64,000 nt of DNA from Haliotis cracherodii (lineage: Eukaryota). How positions within the stretch are numbered: position 1 is the first letter of the stretch; every line of letters starts with the position of its first letter. Position numbers and translations under genes: made by a program. The notes under the pieces are model-generated. The model searched no databases, was not told the origin of the DNA, and was given only the letters and a program-made list of their open reading frames with translations. The stretch spans positions 26,164,001 to 26,228,000 of the forward strand of contig NW_027266330.1 of NCBI RefSeq assembly GCF_022045235.1, written 5' to 3'. Shown piece by piece: positions 39,600 through 54,670 of this stretch.

Positions 39600-39968
39600 C
39601 AGTATTCGACATAATAAGCGCCCAGAGCGCTCTCAAAATTAGAAAAAGGGGGCTCTTATTAGAATAAAATTTTGGTGAAAAAAATCAGAGTTGAAAGATC
39701 GTTAATTTCTAGGTATATGCTGACAGCCTGAAATGATACAAAAGAAAAGTCTGTGTGTATAATACACGACAGATATATTTTTCCAGAATATAATTTAATA
39801 ATAAAGGGTGCATATAACACACGAGTGCGTATTATACTCGAATAAATAAGTCTTGTGTACATTGATCAATCAGAAGGGGTGCTAAGTGGGATTGTTAACT
39901 AGCCAATATCTTAGCAAATATAGCCGTGGGCGCTTATTAGATTGGGGCGCTTATTATGTCGAATACGG
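39600..39968. mobile_element. Tc1/mariner-pogo-type MITE
   Basis: TIRs CAGTATTCGACATAATAAGCGCCC and GGGCGCTTATTATGTCGAATACGG. Confidence 0.9.
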
Positions 39969-41228
39969 TTTTGAGAATTTTAGGAAATTGCAGTAGTGCG
40001 TTTGAGTTGACTGGAGCGAAATGATAGTGTCTTGCAAATGTTTGACAAAAGACATCCTCATTGGTGAAATAGATGTTCTTTCAAAGTGAAATAGATCACT
40101 CGGCAATGGGTTTCGTTCTGTTCATATGGAACATGCTTGGACATCAACATGGTTTCCTTTGAACAAAGGACATTGAGGATGAATGTTGCCCTGTGTTGCC
40201 TCCTAAACATTGTTATCTTTGTACCACTTTTTTTATGGAAACAGCAGACAATTTCAGTGATGTTCTGCTGAAATCAATGAAATGGAGCAAGCGTTGGCAT
40301 GTTTTGACAGTTCAACATTTGCAGCTATTCCAATTCTTTACACTCTCAGTGGTTGTGTATGCAGGAAGAATAATTGCTTCTAAATCAGATTAATACAGAT
40401 TTGGCTGTGGATTGTCCATGTACACATTCTGCTTCATACTGTCTTTGATCAGAACAATGTGCTCATTCATGTAGAAACAACTATGAAAAATTTCAAATTA
40501 CTTTTTGCACACTTTCTAAAATTGGTATTTTATAATTCATGAGCATTATTTTTTCAATATACATTTTGTTCATGAAACAATTTTATTTCAATTTGGATTT
40601 GCTGTGATTTTATTATAAATTTCACATCTTGAAAGTGTTGACATTATTAAAATGGTTTAATCTAATATAAAGCTGCAATGTTGTAAGTTTCCTAAGAGCA
40701 TGTTCAACTTTACACTTTTCATTTTTAAGTGACATTCACATGGTGACAATGAAATTGACACCTCCGTGTGTTGACACATTCCTAAAGTACAGTGTTTACG
40801 GCCACCGAAGAAGGACTGAGGGCAAGATAATTCTTTTAAGAATATTACTGCGTTCCTCATAATGCATCGGTGAAGCTGCCACCTCTGCTGAAGACAATCC
40901 TGGTGTCTCTTAATGTAATTAGTGTGATTTAATCAATCTTCATTCCTTCGCTGCCCACCTGAGGCACCAGGAGAGAAAAAATGCTACTTTCCAACACACC
41001 TTTCATGTTAAGAATATCGGATGATTGATCTCAATAAATAAACGACTATTTCAAATTTCATATGTATTAATGCTCAAAATTGACACATAAAAAAATAACA
41101 CTAAGATTGTTTACTCGTAATGAATATTCAAATTATTGAGATATATTAATTTTATTATTTTCATTTGAGGATGATTTTTCATGTGTGTTTATCTTCTCAT
41201 TTAAATGTATTCTTTTATCTACCACAAA

Positions 41229-41413
41229 TGGGGGCGGTCGGGTAGCCTATTGGTTAAAGCGGGTAGCCTATTGGTTAAAGCGGGTAGCCTATTGGTTAGA
41301 CCCGGGTTCGATACCCGACATGGGTACAAAGTGTGAAGCCCATTTCTGGTGTCCCCCGCCGTGATATTGCTGGAATATTGCTAAAAGCGGCGTAAAACCA
41401 TACTCACTCACTG
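41229..41413 (+). mobile_element. SINE family A with triplicated A-box segment
   Basis: TSD taccacaaa; CGGGTAGCCTATTGGTTAAAG repeated three times. Confidence 0.9.
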
Positions 41414-42194
41414 TACCACAAAGTAGACCTTGATTACATGCAGTCAATAATTCAGAGGTTAAATAATTTTTAAAAAAGCTCCTATTGATGTTGTTGCTGC
41501 TTATCCAATACTAATTCTCTCAGGATGCAGGAGAGGTCATAGCCATGATCCATATTAAACCCATTGTGATTTGTTTGTTCAGGCTGTCAAAATACACCTG
41601 ATAAACAGGTGATATAGGGATGACATTAATGCATTTTAGGACTGGTTATTAATACAAAGAGTATGAATCAACATACAAACCCAAAACAATTGATTTATGA
41701 TTATAAATATTCATAGTGTTTCTGAATTGCTGTTTGCTGAGGGGAGCTAGAATTGCTTTTAGAGTCTGGTATTCTACTGGCATATACATTGATTATTTGG
41801 AATCTTCTCATGGGTTTTTATCAAACTACTTTGTCAGTGGTCTTCATAAAATAAACAAAATGGTCACCTGCAGTGTGAAGCTTAGCAAATCTTTATTTCG
41901 TTTCATATTCCCAGGGTATCGGGTTTCATCATCCCTGGTTATTATCATTGGTCAAACTGTTGTTTCTGTGGCTCTCTCTTTGCCAGATGACCAATCATCA
42001 AGATTATCATTTAATGTGGGAAATGTGTTCTGGGAAAGTTAGTTAAAAGGGCTACTGATATTGATATCATGTATACTTTTACAGTAGGTCTCTTTTTTTC
42101 TTTTGGTTGTGAATATTGTTAGCCCAAGTATTTTTGAAGAAACTGTTTTTAAATATAACCTTCATCTATGACTCACTTTTGAATATATCAACTT

Positions 42195-42257
42195 CGTCTC
42201 ATCACCATATAGCTGACATAATGCTGATGCAGCATTAAATTTTAACTCACTCACTCA
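42195..42257 (+). mobile_element. Isolated, diverged SINE 3' tail fragment
   Basis: catatagctgacataatgctgatgcagcattaaa followed by (CTCA)n. Confidence 0.55.
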
Positions 42258-45200
42258 TGTTTCGGTTGTGGCTTTGCTTCTCCTACAAACCATACTGAAG
42301 TTGCAATGAATGCATACTTAATTCATAATACTTTGAAATTGATGCCATGAATAATGAAATTGATACAACTCTTCCTTGTTTACATGTAGTTATATCGGAT
42401 GATAACATTTGCATCAGTCTACAGAAACCTATTCTTCTGCTTGTGCTGTGAGCAGATTAACTATTCATGTCTCCTCACTCCTGATAGAAACCTGCTGTCA
42501 AACCACTTTTAACTTCTATGAGATGGATGGTCTTTTTTTGTAAATGGATGCTATTTGTCCAACATGTCAAATGTACAAAAAATACTCATCTGGCTGGACA
42601 GATTTAGGACATTCCATTTAGGAGATTAATGATAAGTGAAGTGAATAGTTTTGTAAATAAATGATTGGCAGCTTTTTGTGTTCATGAACATACCATTACA
42701 TGAATTGTTTGATAAGATGTCAATTGTTTGAATTGTTTGTTTGTTGGTTTCATAGAATAATCTGTGGTGTTGGTGAAACGTTATGCTTCAAGATATTTTG
42801 GTTTTAAGTTTGTTTCTCTGATATGTCTTAAAAAAGTACAACGCTTTGAAAACCATGAAAAAAGTTAGGATGGTAGGTTAAGGTGGTTTGAATTCTGTTC
42901 TTTTAAACAGTAGACACATATGGGTTAATTGATGTTAAAGAGATGGGTTAGACGATGAGGTGTTTAATGCCAATGCAGGGTCATTGAGGAACAAGCAGAA
43001 TGGTGATAGATGGTAAAGAGGTTTGATTGATAGTGATGGGGCATGTTGGTACAAGTTAAAAATGAATTAGGTGGTTGAGGATCTTGAGTAGGAAAAGATT
43101 TCTTTCTTACTTTCTGAATAAAAGAGAAAATCAATGTTTGATTTATTGAAGAAAGGTCACAAGCCCAATGAAATTGTTCTTTTCATATTCTTATCTCTAT
43201 CATAAAAAAAGAAGAAGGAAACAACTCCTTATCACCCTAGGCTGAAGAAACTTGTAACATTGCAATGATGACAGCAGTTTTACATCTATATATTATTACC
43301 TTGGAAGATTAACTTGCCAGCATTAGGAACAGTAATGTGGATAAGAAGTAAAAATATATTTGTTTTACACAATGCTTTTGCATTTATTGGCTGTATCAAA
43401 ATAAACAAAGCAAGAGTTATTGTTCTGCAACATGATATTTGTATAGGAATTAGCTGGCTATGAGCTCTCTGGATTTAACAAGGTATCATTTGGAAGCGTT
43501 TTTGTGGTACTATGTAGAATCATCGTCTCCAGGCTAAAGGGTTGTTTTTTGTATATGTCCCTATTCATGCATATTTCAAGAACATATTACTTCTGATAAT
43601 AGCATGTCAAAAGATATTTTTAATCTTTACTCTTTCAACAACAATGTGTAGCTACAGCTTGCTTCAGGACCAGAAAGGATGGATATTTACAAAGAAAATA
43701 CATTAAGCATTCCATTATGTAGCTTCAGTGTTTCCTGGAGGTACTCCAAGCTACATGTCATTATTCAACCCTCAAAGAGTTCTCTCTTATGTATTAATGT
43801 CTGTCCCTCTGGCATAGATGTGTCAGAGACTTGGACATTTCTGGATATTCTTGGTTTTGACTGGGTGGAAGAAGCATAAAAATGTCTCTGGAATGAGACA
43901 CCTTGGATACAGATCTGTTTTGTGTCCATCAGATCAATAGGAGGAGCACCTCGATGACCCCTGCCAGTGTTTTCCATGCGGACAGCCATGCTTTCTCTAT
44001 TTAAGAATAACATTAGTTCCGCGAGGAGAAGACTTAGACCCCCTGTTTTGAGAGATATTGGTGTTTTCTTTGCAACAATAGGGTGTAATGTTTTTTATGA
44101 GCCTGATAAGGCAGAAAATTAGCTACCGGTTGATGGTGATTTGCATGCACAGAATATTTGCCTAAAAAACATAAGATTCCACATGAAAGAGAACTTTTTG
44201 CTGGCATCCTTGTTGTCTTTTGAATGGCCAGACCTCAACCGTTTCTTGAGTTTTTTGTTGCCAGCATGCCTAATTGTATTTTTAATTGAAATTTTCTCTC
44301 AGAATAACATGAACTGTATGAAACACTGCTGCTCTTTGATCCAGGGAATAGATTATCTTTGAAATTCTTTTTCATTATTGGATGAATGAGATCCAATTTC
44401 AGAGTTTAGTTTTTATCTCTGTCTGGCGTTTTTTGCCAAACAGTGGTTGTACGAGGCAGGTGGGGTCGACAGTTTACATGGATTATCTCTGACGCTGATT
44501 ACATAATCACGTTTTAAGGAAAGATTCCACCACACAAACAAAAACAGTGACTATAGCCTTACTAAAGACAAAGGATACTTAATGATAGTTATGAAATATT
44601 GATAAACAACTCGTTAGTTTCTCTGCAAATATTTAAGCAATTCTTACAGTGAGGTATCTTGAAAAGCGAGTGCCCCTTTCAGATAAATATTTACCCAATA
44701 TGAATTGTAAATTTGATAAGAATGTGTACATGTCAGATTTTGATTTAATTAGCCTGCAATGTATACTTGTTTATCAGTGAAGTATTTGTAACCTGGGTTT
44801 GTGTTCTTTGCCTCTTTCATACTCTCTGCCTGTTGAAATGCACTTGTTCAAGGCTCTGCTAAAGCCAACTTTAACCAAGATAAATCTCCATATGGATATT
44901 GATTTACCATGATGGTATTTCAGATTTGTCTTGGCTTCTATTTCAAATTTGTTCTGTGCAGACTTCATTAATAAAGTTGAGAATGTGTGTCAGATCAAAT
45001 CTGTCCTGTTCTGATTCCTTTAGATAAACAAGATTTGACATGGCATTGGTATCAACAAGGAGTGGTTAAAAACAAATAGAATATACGTGGCTTATAATAA
45101 TATATGAAGCATTATTCTCTGACGGGTGTTTAGTTTTTCAACTTTCCTGGCTGTGAATTGAGTAAAAGTTTGCTCTTAATTTGTTTAACATTCCGTATAT

Positions 45201-48200
45201 CACAGACATACATAAGCTAACAGGTAATTGGGTGTAAACAGATAGTGGGAGAATTTAAACTGCATCCTGTTTTAAAGGAAACGGCAATTATTGTGATGAT
45301 AGTCAACTTTTTGGCTTTTTTCATTTGCATGCCAAAGTGTGTTTTCGTGATGTAAGATGATAACTAGATTATGAAATGATCTTTTAGTTGTTTTATGTGT
45401 TTATCTGTTCTTGGCAGACCTGTTTTTCATAAAGTGGCTATTCATGGTCATTCATGATACAATCAGGGTCATTATTATGATGGATCTTCACTCCATTTGA
45501 TACGAACAGTCATGCATGATTCTCAATAGATGCAGATGTATTAAACTTGTCTTCCCCATGTCTTTCATAGGGTTGGTATGCTCAATGTGAAATAAATCAC
45601 CGTTGACCATGTGCTAATGACATGCCTGATCCACCGTGGACTAATGACCCATAATTGCTGACCAATTGACCATTGAGGGAGGGAGGGGTCACTCCTTGAC
45701 CACCCGGCAGGACATCTGGTGTTGGATATGTTGGTTGCTGCTCTAGATAGGGGAAGTCTGTCAGAGCTAGGATCTGATAGTTGTGTCATTCAAAATCATT
45801 TGCTTGAATTGGTATGAACAGTTTGCCAGGAAAGTTTTCATCTTCAAATTATACACTCAGCTTACTTTGCTTTTCAAGCATAATGATATTTACCAGATTT
45901 CCATTACAAGAATGGTAGAGCAACCATGGTCCAGTAAGTCATATCTGTGTTTGGTTTCTGGTCAGTCAAACTGTTTTAGGTTACACACAACCAAATGTTT
46001 TCCCATAGACTTCTATAGTAACATTATATTTTTTTTTTAAATAACTAAGCATTCAACAGCTATTACCTGTACGTGTGTGCACAGTTTGGCCTTAGAGCAG
46101 CAATAAAAAAATAAATAATGACTAGCTTAGCCAGCTCCTTTTCCAAGTACCAGAAGCTAAACACACCACCCCCAGTTTCGCACCAAATGTCACCTACTTG
46201 AAAATAGCTTTGGTCACATTCAGCATAAGTCATCATGTTGAAAAAGACAGTACAAAATATAGAAAAACATGGTCAGTTTTAATAACTGGATTGATGTACA
46301 TTTGAAAGACATAAAAATCTTACAGAATATCCTCCAATCACAGCCTGCAGATATCTCTCGATCTGCACTGAAGGCTCCCAACAAAAACCGCACTGGTTCT
46401 GATTTGGTGTAGTAGAACCTTTATCTCCATCTGTGGACTCCAGCCTCGTTGGACACTTGAGATGGAATTGATGCAGGACTTAAAGAAAGTCCAGTGGGAT
46501 TGGAGTGGACACTGATGACCTGACCTGGTCACTGGAGAGGGGATCATTCTAGTTGGCAGCTTCTGCTTGATCATATGAGATGAGCTTGGCTATGCTAACA
46601 AGGTTGATCCTGTGATTATTTATTTATTGGCTTTGGAGCACACACTGGGGTCTGATCCTTATTCATAAATCCTTATTCATTCTCTGTCATTACTTGTTGT
46701 GTTCCCTTTTATTACTTGATTACTTGTTAAGGCTTATTATTTTGTATGGTAAAGTTGCAGACAATAATGTTGCTATCTTTCGCAAAAATTGGAAGTCTAG
46801 AGCACCTTTGCGTTGCTTGTCATATAATCAAGACCATGGAATCAAGAATTTTTATCGTACAGAACATATGATTTCAAAGGAAAACATACTTCTAAAACGA
46901 TGCATTCCTGTGCAGTGTGACAGGTTTCTACATCGGTGGACACTGACACTATTAATTTAGGCTTGACTTCATCCAAACAGTACCTGAAAAACACCCATTT
47001 TGTAAAAACTGTGAAATGAACTGTCACAACAGGAACGCAGTCAATTTTGACATCACAAGCATGACTGCAGATGAATGTGGCTCAGCAGGAGGCTAAATGT
47101 TGTCAATTCAGTGGAGGCTGACCAGTTCATCCTTGACCTGTCCGATTAAGGCCAGTCACAAATGGCAAGGACAACCTCTGTATGGGCATTTCCAATATAT
47201 ATCATGCCCAACCAGCCCAAGTCCACCGAGTAGGGGTGTAATTACTTCCATTGTTCAGACTTGTCAGCCTTGGACATCTGACCATGGTCATTGTACACTC
47301 GTCCTCTTCCTGCTGACCTACAGTAATGTCCTGGTCATGTTGCCCTCTCCAGGAGCCATATTGTCATTAGATGGACTGGCCTTTGACCACAGAGGAGTGA
47401 CAGCCGCTGCCACTTGGCTGGCCATTAGTTAATGCTACTAGTGCAATAGTGGTATTAGGCCTTATCACGTTATTGCACACTTGTGTTGCTGGCATCATTT
47501 TGGTGATTCAGTTTATCAGAGAGATGGAATTGGATTTATTTCATTGCCACATTGATGAACATCACGCTTGATGTTTAATTAAACTGGAATTGTTCAATAT
47601 CCTAAAAGTTTCCAATTACAATTAAACTTCTGTTGAGGTTGAGTTAGCATCATGGGAGTTATTTCTTGACCGGCTCGTTTGGGAACCCCAGATGATGATT
47701 AAGCTGCACAGAACCTGCTGACCAGATGACAGATGTTTTTTGTCAGATGTTATCTAATGTCTATCTTACATTGATTCTGTTTGTAATTATTCAATGATAG
47801 TTTCGGTATTTTTCTATGCATTTCACTTGCATGCTTGGCAATTGTCTTTGCAAAGAAAGTGGTTCTTCTGTGATGAACTCTCTTGTGTCTTACATTAATG
47901 GCAAGGTGTACTTTTTCAAACCGATGTAGATATTATCCCATCTTCCACATGACTGGTGTCCGTCATCACTCATATCCTGTTTACTTTCAACTGATTACAT
48001 AACAGCTGAAAGATAATTTGTTCTCAGCATAACACCCACCATCTTGAAGGGAAGCAGGCTCCTTGACCACTGGTCATCTGGAAAGGTCAACAGCTTCGCA
48101 ATCTCCTTGCCCCAGGGAGAGGAGTCCTGGGGAGAAGAAGGGGAAGCGTGTGATGTGATAATGATAAGAACAGGTGGTGATGTAATGATGATGAAACTTG

Positions 48201-48527
48201 TGATAGGAGATTATCTGTTTTGAGGATACCGGTTACTGATTAGGGACAGACAGTTTGGATTAGATCACCATGGGTGTTTCCCAAGTAGCATATTGTAGCT
48301 GGCAAGTGAAGAACTGATGGATCTAGAGATTAGGGTTTACAGTCCACAAGGTGGATGGACTTCACATGTAGGTTAATGGCGGTGTAATTTATGTCATTGG
48401 GCCAGTAGATGTTAGGACTTACATGCCCCTTATGGGTGGGTGTAAATCTACCTAGACATTAATGTCTATGCAATTATGTCCCTCATGTACGTGGAAAACG
48501 TCTCCCCTCCCCCATCTGAAATTTGCG

Positions 48528-48599
48528 GCCCCGTGAAGATCCGGTGTAGAATAGGTCTTCAGCAACCCATGCCTGCCGTAAAAGGCGACTATGCTCGTC
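48528..48599 (+). mobile_element. SINE family B, 5' domain only
   Basis: GCCCCGTGAAGATCCGGTGTAGAATAGGTCTTCAGCAACCCATG... Confidence 0.85.
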
Positions 48600-49629
48600 A
48601 GACAGAAATCCCAAAAAAGTTCATTGTGTACAGTTTGAAATACCAGGCAGCTATTGCATCATGACAGAATATTGTTAATATTGATCATTATGATCTGCTG
48701 AAATCATGCATATTTAAATTCATCATGTGTCTTAGAGCAATATGTGTCACTGATCAAACAGTTACCCGTGTGGTGGAATTAATTACAGAGTCTCAAAGAA
48801 ACTGTGACTCAAATATCCTCATTCACAACAGCTCCTAATGTTCAAGTCATTATCAGAATCATTAACGAAGCATGTGTTAATTGTTTTACTCGAGGTAATT
48901 GTGCTAATGAGGAGTTGCTTCTTTGATCAGAGCTGACTGAACTCATTAGTTAGTGTCCTCACTGGACCTGACTGATCACAAGTACAGTGGTGTGGATAGC
49001 ACTGGTTACAGTGTCAATTGCAACCCAATCTGTTGGTGGGAACCAGCTCATGCATTTTGAAAGGATTTCTCACAAACAGGTTGTCAAAATGTACTTGAAA
49101 AATGATCAAAGGAATTTATTCCATACATTTTTAAAAAATATGAATAAAGCATCTCTACATGAATGAAACTGAATATTTCAAATATGACTAAGATGGTCCA
49201 CAATATCAATTATATTTCAGATCTAATATTTCTTCTATGTTTAAGACCAAGAAACAATACTCGTTTTTAACATACACAATCTTTGTTTCATTCATATTGA
49301 ATCATTGTTAGGGAGGCTGGTAAATGGCTCTGTAAAGATTGTATTTGTCAAGAGAAACGTGATATTCTTAATATCTGTTTGGATTGTTATGATCTGAACC
49401 ACGGGTCACGGTTTGACGATTGACAAATGTTGACTTAACAGGCTGAGCTACCTTAAATATAGGTTGTGTGGATCAATCATGCTGGGAAGCAATTTATGAA
49501 CACAGAAACCCTGTCATGGATTGAATTCACTTCAAATATAGAGGAACCAGCATTGTTATAAACAAACTGATAAAGGCTGATAATAATCATTCCCATGAAA
49601 ATTGTCATCTAAGCTTCAACTTATTTGAT

Positions 49630-49846
49630 TGGTATGGTTTGTTCTTTAATGCTGCACTCGGCAATATTCCAGCTATATGACAGCGGTCTGTTAATAATCG
49701 AGTTACTGGACCAGACAATCCAGTGATTGACATCATGAGCGTCGATCCACACAATTGGCATACGATGACATGCATCAACCAAGTCAGCGAGCCTGACCAT
49801 CCAATCCTGTTAGTCGCCTCTAACGACAAGCAACGTCACCTTTTAC
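49630..49846 (-). mobile_element. SINE family B, 5'-truncated, antisense
   Basis: 14-bp TSD tcaacttatttgat. Confidence 0.92.
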
Positions 49847-51172
49847 TCAACTTATTTGATGTCCATACCATACCGATATAAAAATATCACAATGATTAGA
49901 TAGTAAAGGAAGTTCCATTTAGATTACCACAAATGTGACCAACCATGAGACAACCCTGGGTGGAAAATCACATCTTGACTTCTCATTATATTTTAAACTA
50001 CAAAAATGCAATTCACAAGTGTCAATTAATATTTATTACAGAGATACATGACATCAAACTTTTGGACTCTTTTTCTGCAAAGTCGCATTTTCAGACTAAT
50101 ATCTGTTTGTCATAATTGCAGTTTTTAGATATAATGTCTGATTAATTGACAGTAGACTGAAATGTTTTGAAATAAATTTTACTTACATTACAAACTAACG
50201 AGAGAGAAATAAGATATTTTTGTTCAGTCCGCACACATGGCTTTTTTTTACGGGAGAAAGTTGACGTCACGCATCCCTCATTATGATGTCACAATGCCAT
50301 TGTTTCCAAGCACCCTTAAGGTCCCTTTCCCCTGGAGGTCACACATCTTATATTCACATCCACCAATAATGATTTTTCATGGAAGTCAATTGCATGTATT
50401 GTATTGACTTAATGATATGACCATTCATGCTCGGAATAGTTTTTTATGAATACTGCTAATCATCGTAAACATGTAAATCCTGTGTGCATTTGCTTAATGT
50501 CACTTTCACAAGTCGTAGTCACTCTCGCCTCGCAGAGATCTTTATTGAAATGTGAATCGAATTTGATGGTGATCTATTTCACATGTACATAGCTTTTGAG
50601 CTCTGATTGAAATAAACACTTCACATCAATCATGGTCAGCCTTGGATTAAATCTACATTGGGAATTCCAGCACAATGAGTAGTGGTAGCTTCTCTCTGAT
50701 TAAGACTCAAGGGACATGGAATAATGGTCGTGGGTTTTGTTAGGCATGATGGATGGCGGAATTATATGCTTCTCCAAGTTCGGCTAAGACATTAAAATCA
50801 GCAAGCAAATGAACAGGGTTCCAGGGCAGTTCTCTTTGTGTGGGTGGAGATGGATGTTATTCCACGTCTCATCAACAGACTGATGAACGCACACTGCAGG
50901 GCACCGATGACTTTTGTTATACTGTGAAGGAAAACTGAAACATTGAAATGCATTAGTGTCATAGAGACAGAGTCAACAATCCTATGTAATTTTATGAACA
51001 TGGTATAATGCTATTGAAATCATGTGATAATAATATCTCTATTTCATGAGAAAGAAAACCAATGTTGTTGATGTTATATAGAGGATATTATAGTGTTCAT
51101 GTCATACTATGTTTACGATGTTTTGTAAACATAGTGTGACATGAACACTCATATCATGTTTTATTAAAACTG

Positions 51173-51455
51173 GTTGCACTGGTGGCCCAGTCATCTAAGG
51201 CGCCGCGATTAGCTGTGCTGAGTTGCATCCCTTGAACACACCAGAAACCTATGATTTCGGGTTCGAATCCTGGTTCACCCCCGATAAGGTTTCTAGGTTT
51301 GTCAGCACCATACCTGTGCTCGTGGGTTTCACCGAAGTGGTAAACGTCAGAGACCTGCATCACTTCGGGCTTTTCTCCCACATTTAGCTGACACGCCGCG
51401 ATATAACTGTAATATTGTTAAAAGCGGCGTTAAACCCAACTCACTCACTAACTCA
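51173..51455 (+). mobile_element. SINE family C, full length
   Basis: tRNA-Leu-like head TGGCCCAGTCATCTAAGGCGC and B box GGTTCGAATCC. 13-bp TSD tttattaaaactg. Confidence 0.93.
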
Positions 51456-52350
51456 TTTATTAAAACTGAAGAAGATGTCCACATACAGAGATGAAGTTTA
51501 GTGTTTACCTATAAGGACAGCAAGTCGCAATAGCAGCTGAACCAGTTTGTTGAAGGATATCAACAATCTTCAGCTTTTATGTCAGTTCTAGTTTGACGTC
51601 ATTCCGACCTCACGTCACAATAAGATTTGAATGACATCAACAATGCCATCCAGATGATGAAAACAATACACTGTCTCGTGACATGATATGACCCTAGGGC
51701 ACTTATGATTTTTATGAGCCCCGATATGTTTGCCCATGAGATAATAAACAACTGTATATTCCACAGTACTATATATGATTCCATCCCGACCAAGGAGAGG
51801 TTTGCTTGATCGGTGAGTCATAAACCTGCCTCTGCCGGGATAGTCCCTGGTGAACTTGTTGCCAGAATGTATTGTCAAGATCATGTCCTGAGACCTTCTC
51901 TGACCACACGCCTTAATTTTGAATCATATTTGCCAACATAGTTATTTATTGTCAGAAACATTTTGGCACAATGTGATTCAGACAAGGTTCATTGAATGGT
52001 CCTGTCAGACCAGGGGGGCCCTAATCAGAATTATGTCTTTAACCAGATAAGACAATATTGAGTCACATGGGAAGACATGGTTAAGAGTCAATCATGTTTT
52101 GTGTGCTTTGGGTTCAGAATTTATTGTTGCGATCATGTTCAGTTATTGCTGTAGCATGGGATGACTAATGCTTTATAATGAGGTGGATCCACTCTAAATC
52201 AGAGTGACTGCCCACTGGCCAGACTTTAGACAATGTCATGATGATTTTGTCATGATGAAAACATGCAGAGTGTAGTTTGGAGAAGATTTGGGATACTTTG
52301 GATTAATGACATATTTTATAACTATGAACTTCATTAGATTAATATGAATA

Positions 52351-52510
52351 CAGCGTTAGAAATTGGCACTAGTCCTGTAGTCCTTGCAAATCTGCCCAAT
52401 AGTTAAGATATCATAAAAACTAGTAGAAATTTGCTATCTTTAAGGGTTTTGATATATGTTTTTTATCATTGTAAGGACTAGTAGACTAAAAATGTTAGTT
52501 TCTACCGCTG
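52351..52510. mobile_element. hAT-like MITE
   Basis: TIRs CAGCGTTAGAAA and TTTCTACCGCTG; GAATA duplicated on both flanks. Confidence 0.8.
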
Positions 52511-52686
52511 GAATACAGTTTGAATGGCATTGTTTGGCTTTTCAGTTGACAAGATTCAAATATCAAACAGATTATATTGAAAACTCTGCATAGTGATATT
52601 AAACCTAGTGTCTGTAAATCAAATACAACCAAGTGTGCCTTGTGGTGAAGTCAGATAGTGAAAGGGTAGACTATTCTCCATGTAGA

Positions 52687-52927
52687 TTGGTTGGTTGGTT
52701 GGTTGTTTTTCGCCGCACTCAGCAATATTCCAGCTATATGACAGCGGTCTGTAAATACTCGAGTTTGGACCAGACAATCCAGTGATTGATATCATGAGCA
52801 TAGATCCACGCAATTGGGATCGATGACATGCATCAACCAAGTCAGCGAGCCTGACCACCCGATCCCGTTAGTCGCCTTTTATGACAAGCATAATCACCTT
52901 TTATGGCAAGCATAGGTTGCTGAAGAC
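52687..52927 (-). mobile_element. SINE family B, 5'-truncated, antisense
   Basis: 16-bp TSD ctattctccatgtaga. Confidence 0.92.
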
Positions 52928-54496
52928 CTATTCTCCATGTAGAAGTGGTTTTGTCATTACTAAACCCTGTACATGTTTCTTGGATATTTCAAGACCTTCA
53001 AAGACCCGTATTAGAAACAACATTCCAATATGCATTTTACAAAGCATGGGAAATAACCTTTGTGTTGATTTTGAAAATTAGTTTCAGCTCAAGGAATCAC
53101 TGTTGGACAACTTCAACTTGAAGAATGGAAAGTTGCTAGTTTTGTCAATAAAATCTTAATTTAATTCCAAAATTATCGCAAACCCTCCCTGTCTTCACCA
53201 GGAGAATGAGAATCCCACACTTGAATTAATGTTTTATTAAGAACAAAATGATTATCCAAGCCATAAGGTCACAGGCTTGGAAATGAGAAATTAAACCAAC
53301 GTTATTGTCTTTGTTGATGGGCCCTTTAATGAAAGCGGAAGCTTCTTCTGCGACTCCACATGGCTGTGTAAAAAGAACAAAGAACATGTTGGTTGTGGTA
53401 ATGCCATCTTGACAATGAGGAATAGTTCCACAGAAGGGGTGTGGAGGAATCCAATATCAACATGATTGGCCTATTGATCAGTGGTCACCAGATCTTCGGC
53501 TGGTGTCCTTCATCATGCCATGGACACTGGGTTTGGGCCACTGAGGGCTTCTTTGTTGCTTCTGAGAATATTGGTTTGCCCTCGTTGCTCATCTCCAGGG
53601 CAGGCAGAAGATGATGAGGTCTTTGTAACATTCCGTTTGAAATTTCAACTTCATGCTCTCACAAAATGGGATTTGGCGATCTGATATGTATAAGAGTTAT
53701 GAAGATTAGTTTTTAGCCAAATATTTACATACTTCAAACAATGGGCTATTATTTGCCCAGCCACAGATTTGATAGTTTTGACTGATTTAATCATCTGGAA
53801 TAATGGTTTCTCTTCAGAGTGTGGTTTACACTTGGATTTATCTTGTGTTTTTAAAAGTATTATTTTTGTTATCACCAAATGTAGACCTGCCAATGGGTAC
53901 AGATGAAATTGAACCTGGAGGATTTCATTCTGTATTGTGATTGCAATTCATAACTCACTTTTTCTGAAAACTGAGCCAATCTTTCCATCTTTTGAGTGAA
54001 TTCATGCAAGGTTAAAATGAAACTTAATGCGAAATATGAGAGCAAATTGCATTTGTTTCAGTATTGTGTCAGACAGAAGCTTCAGTTGTTGCCGGGAACA
54101 GGTTGGAAGTAGGGACACCGACATAGCGTAGCCTCATTTTGGGAGCTTTGAGCCACATAATGCTTAGGTTATTACATGTAATGGATACTCATCTGGAAAT
54201 GAAAAGTGAGAATGTAAGCTTGGTGTTTTAGTCACAGGTGCTGATTGGAAACGAAAGTGATTTAACATTTGACCATTTAACATTGATGAAACAGTTTGTA
54301 AGGACTCTCAGTGAAGCCGGATATCAGTTGCCAGGCATCTGGAATCTGAAATTTAAACCAATGCTTGGTTTGGGATGATTGACACATGATGGTTCATTGT
54401 CCAACAAGAGTGTTTATTTTGATGACTGTATTCATACACAGTGGGTCTTTATGTATTAAGGATGAAGCAACTGATGATAACTCTTGTCATAGTTGG

Positions 54497-54670
54497 TGGT
54501 GGTTAGGCTCGCTGACTTGGTTGATGCATGTCATCGATCCCAATTGGGTGGATCGATGCTCAGGATATCGATCACTGGATTGTCTGGTCCAGCCTCGATT
54601 ATTTTCAGACCACCGTCATATAGCTGGAATATTGCTGAGTGCGGCGAAAAACAACGAACCAACCAACAAA
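54497..54670 (+). mobile_element. SINE family B, 5'-truncated
   Basis: Family B body and tail. Confidence 0.88.
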
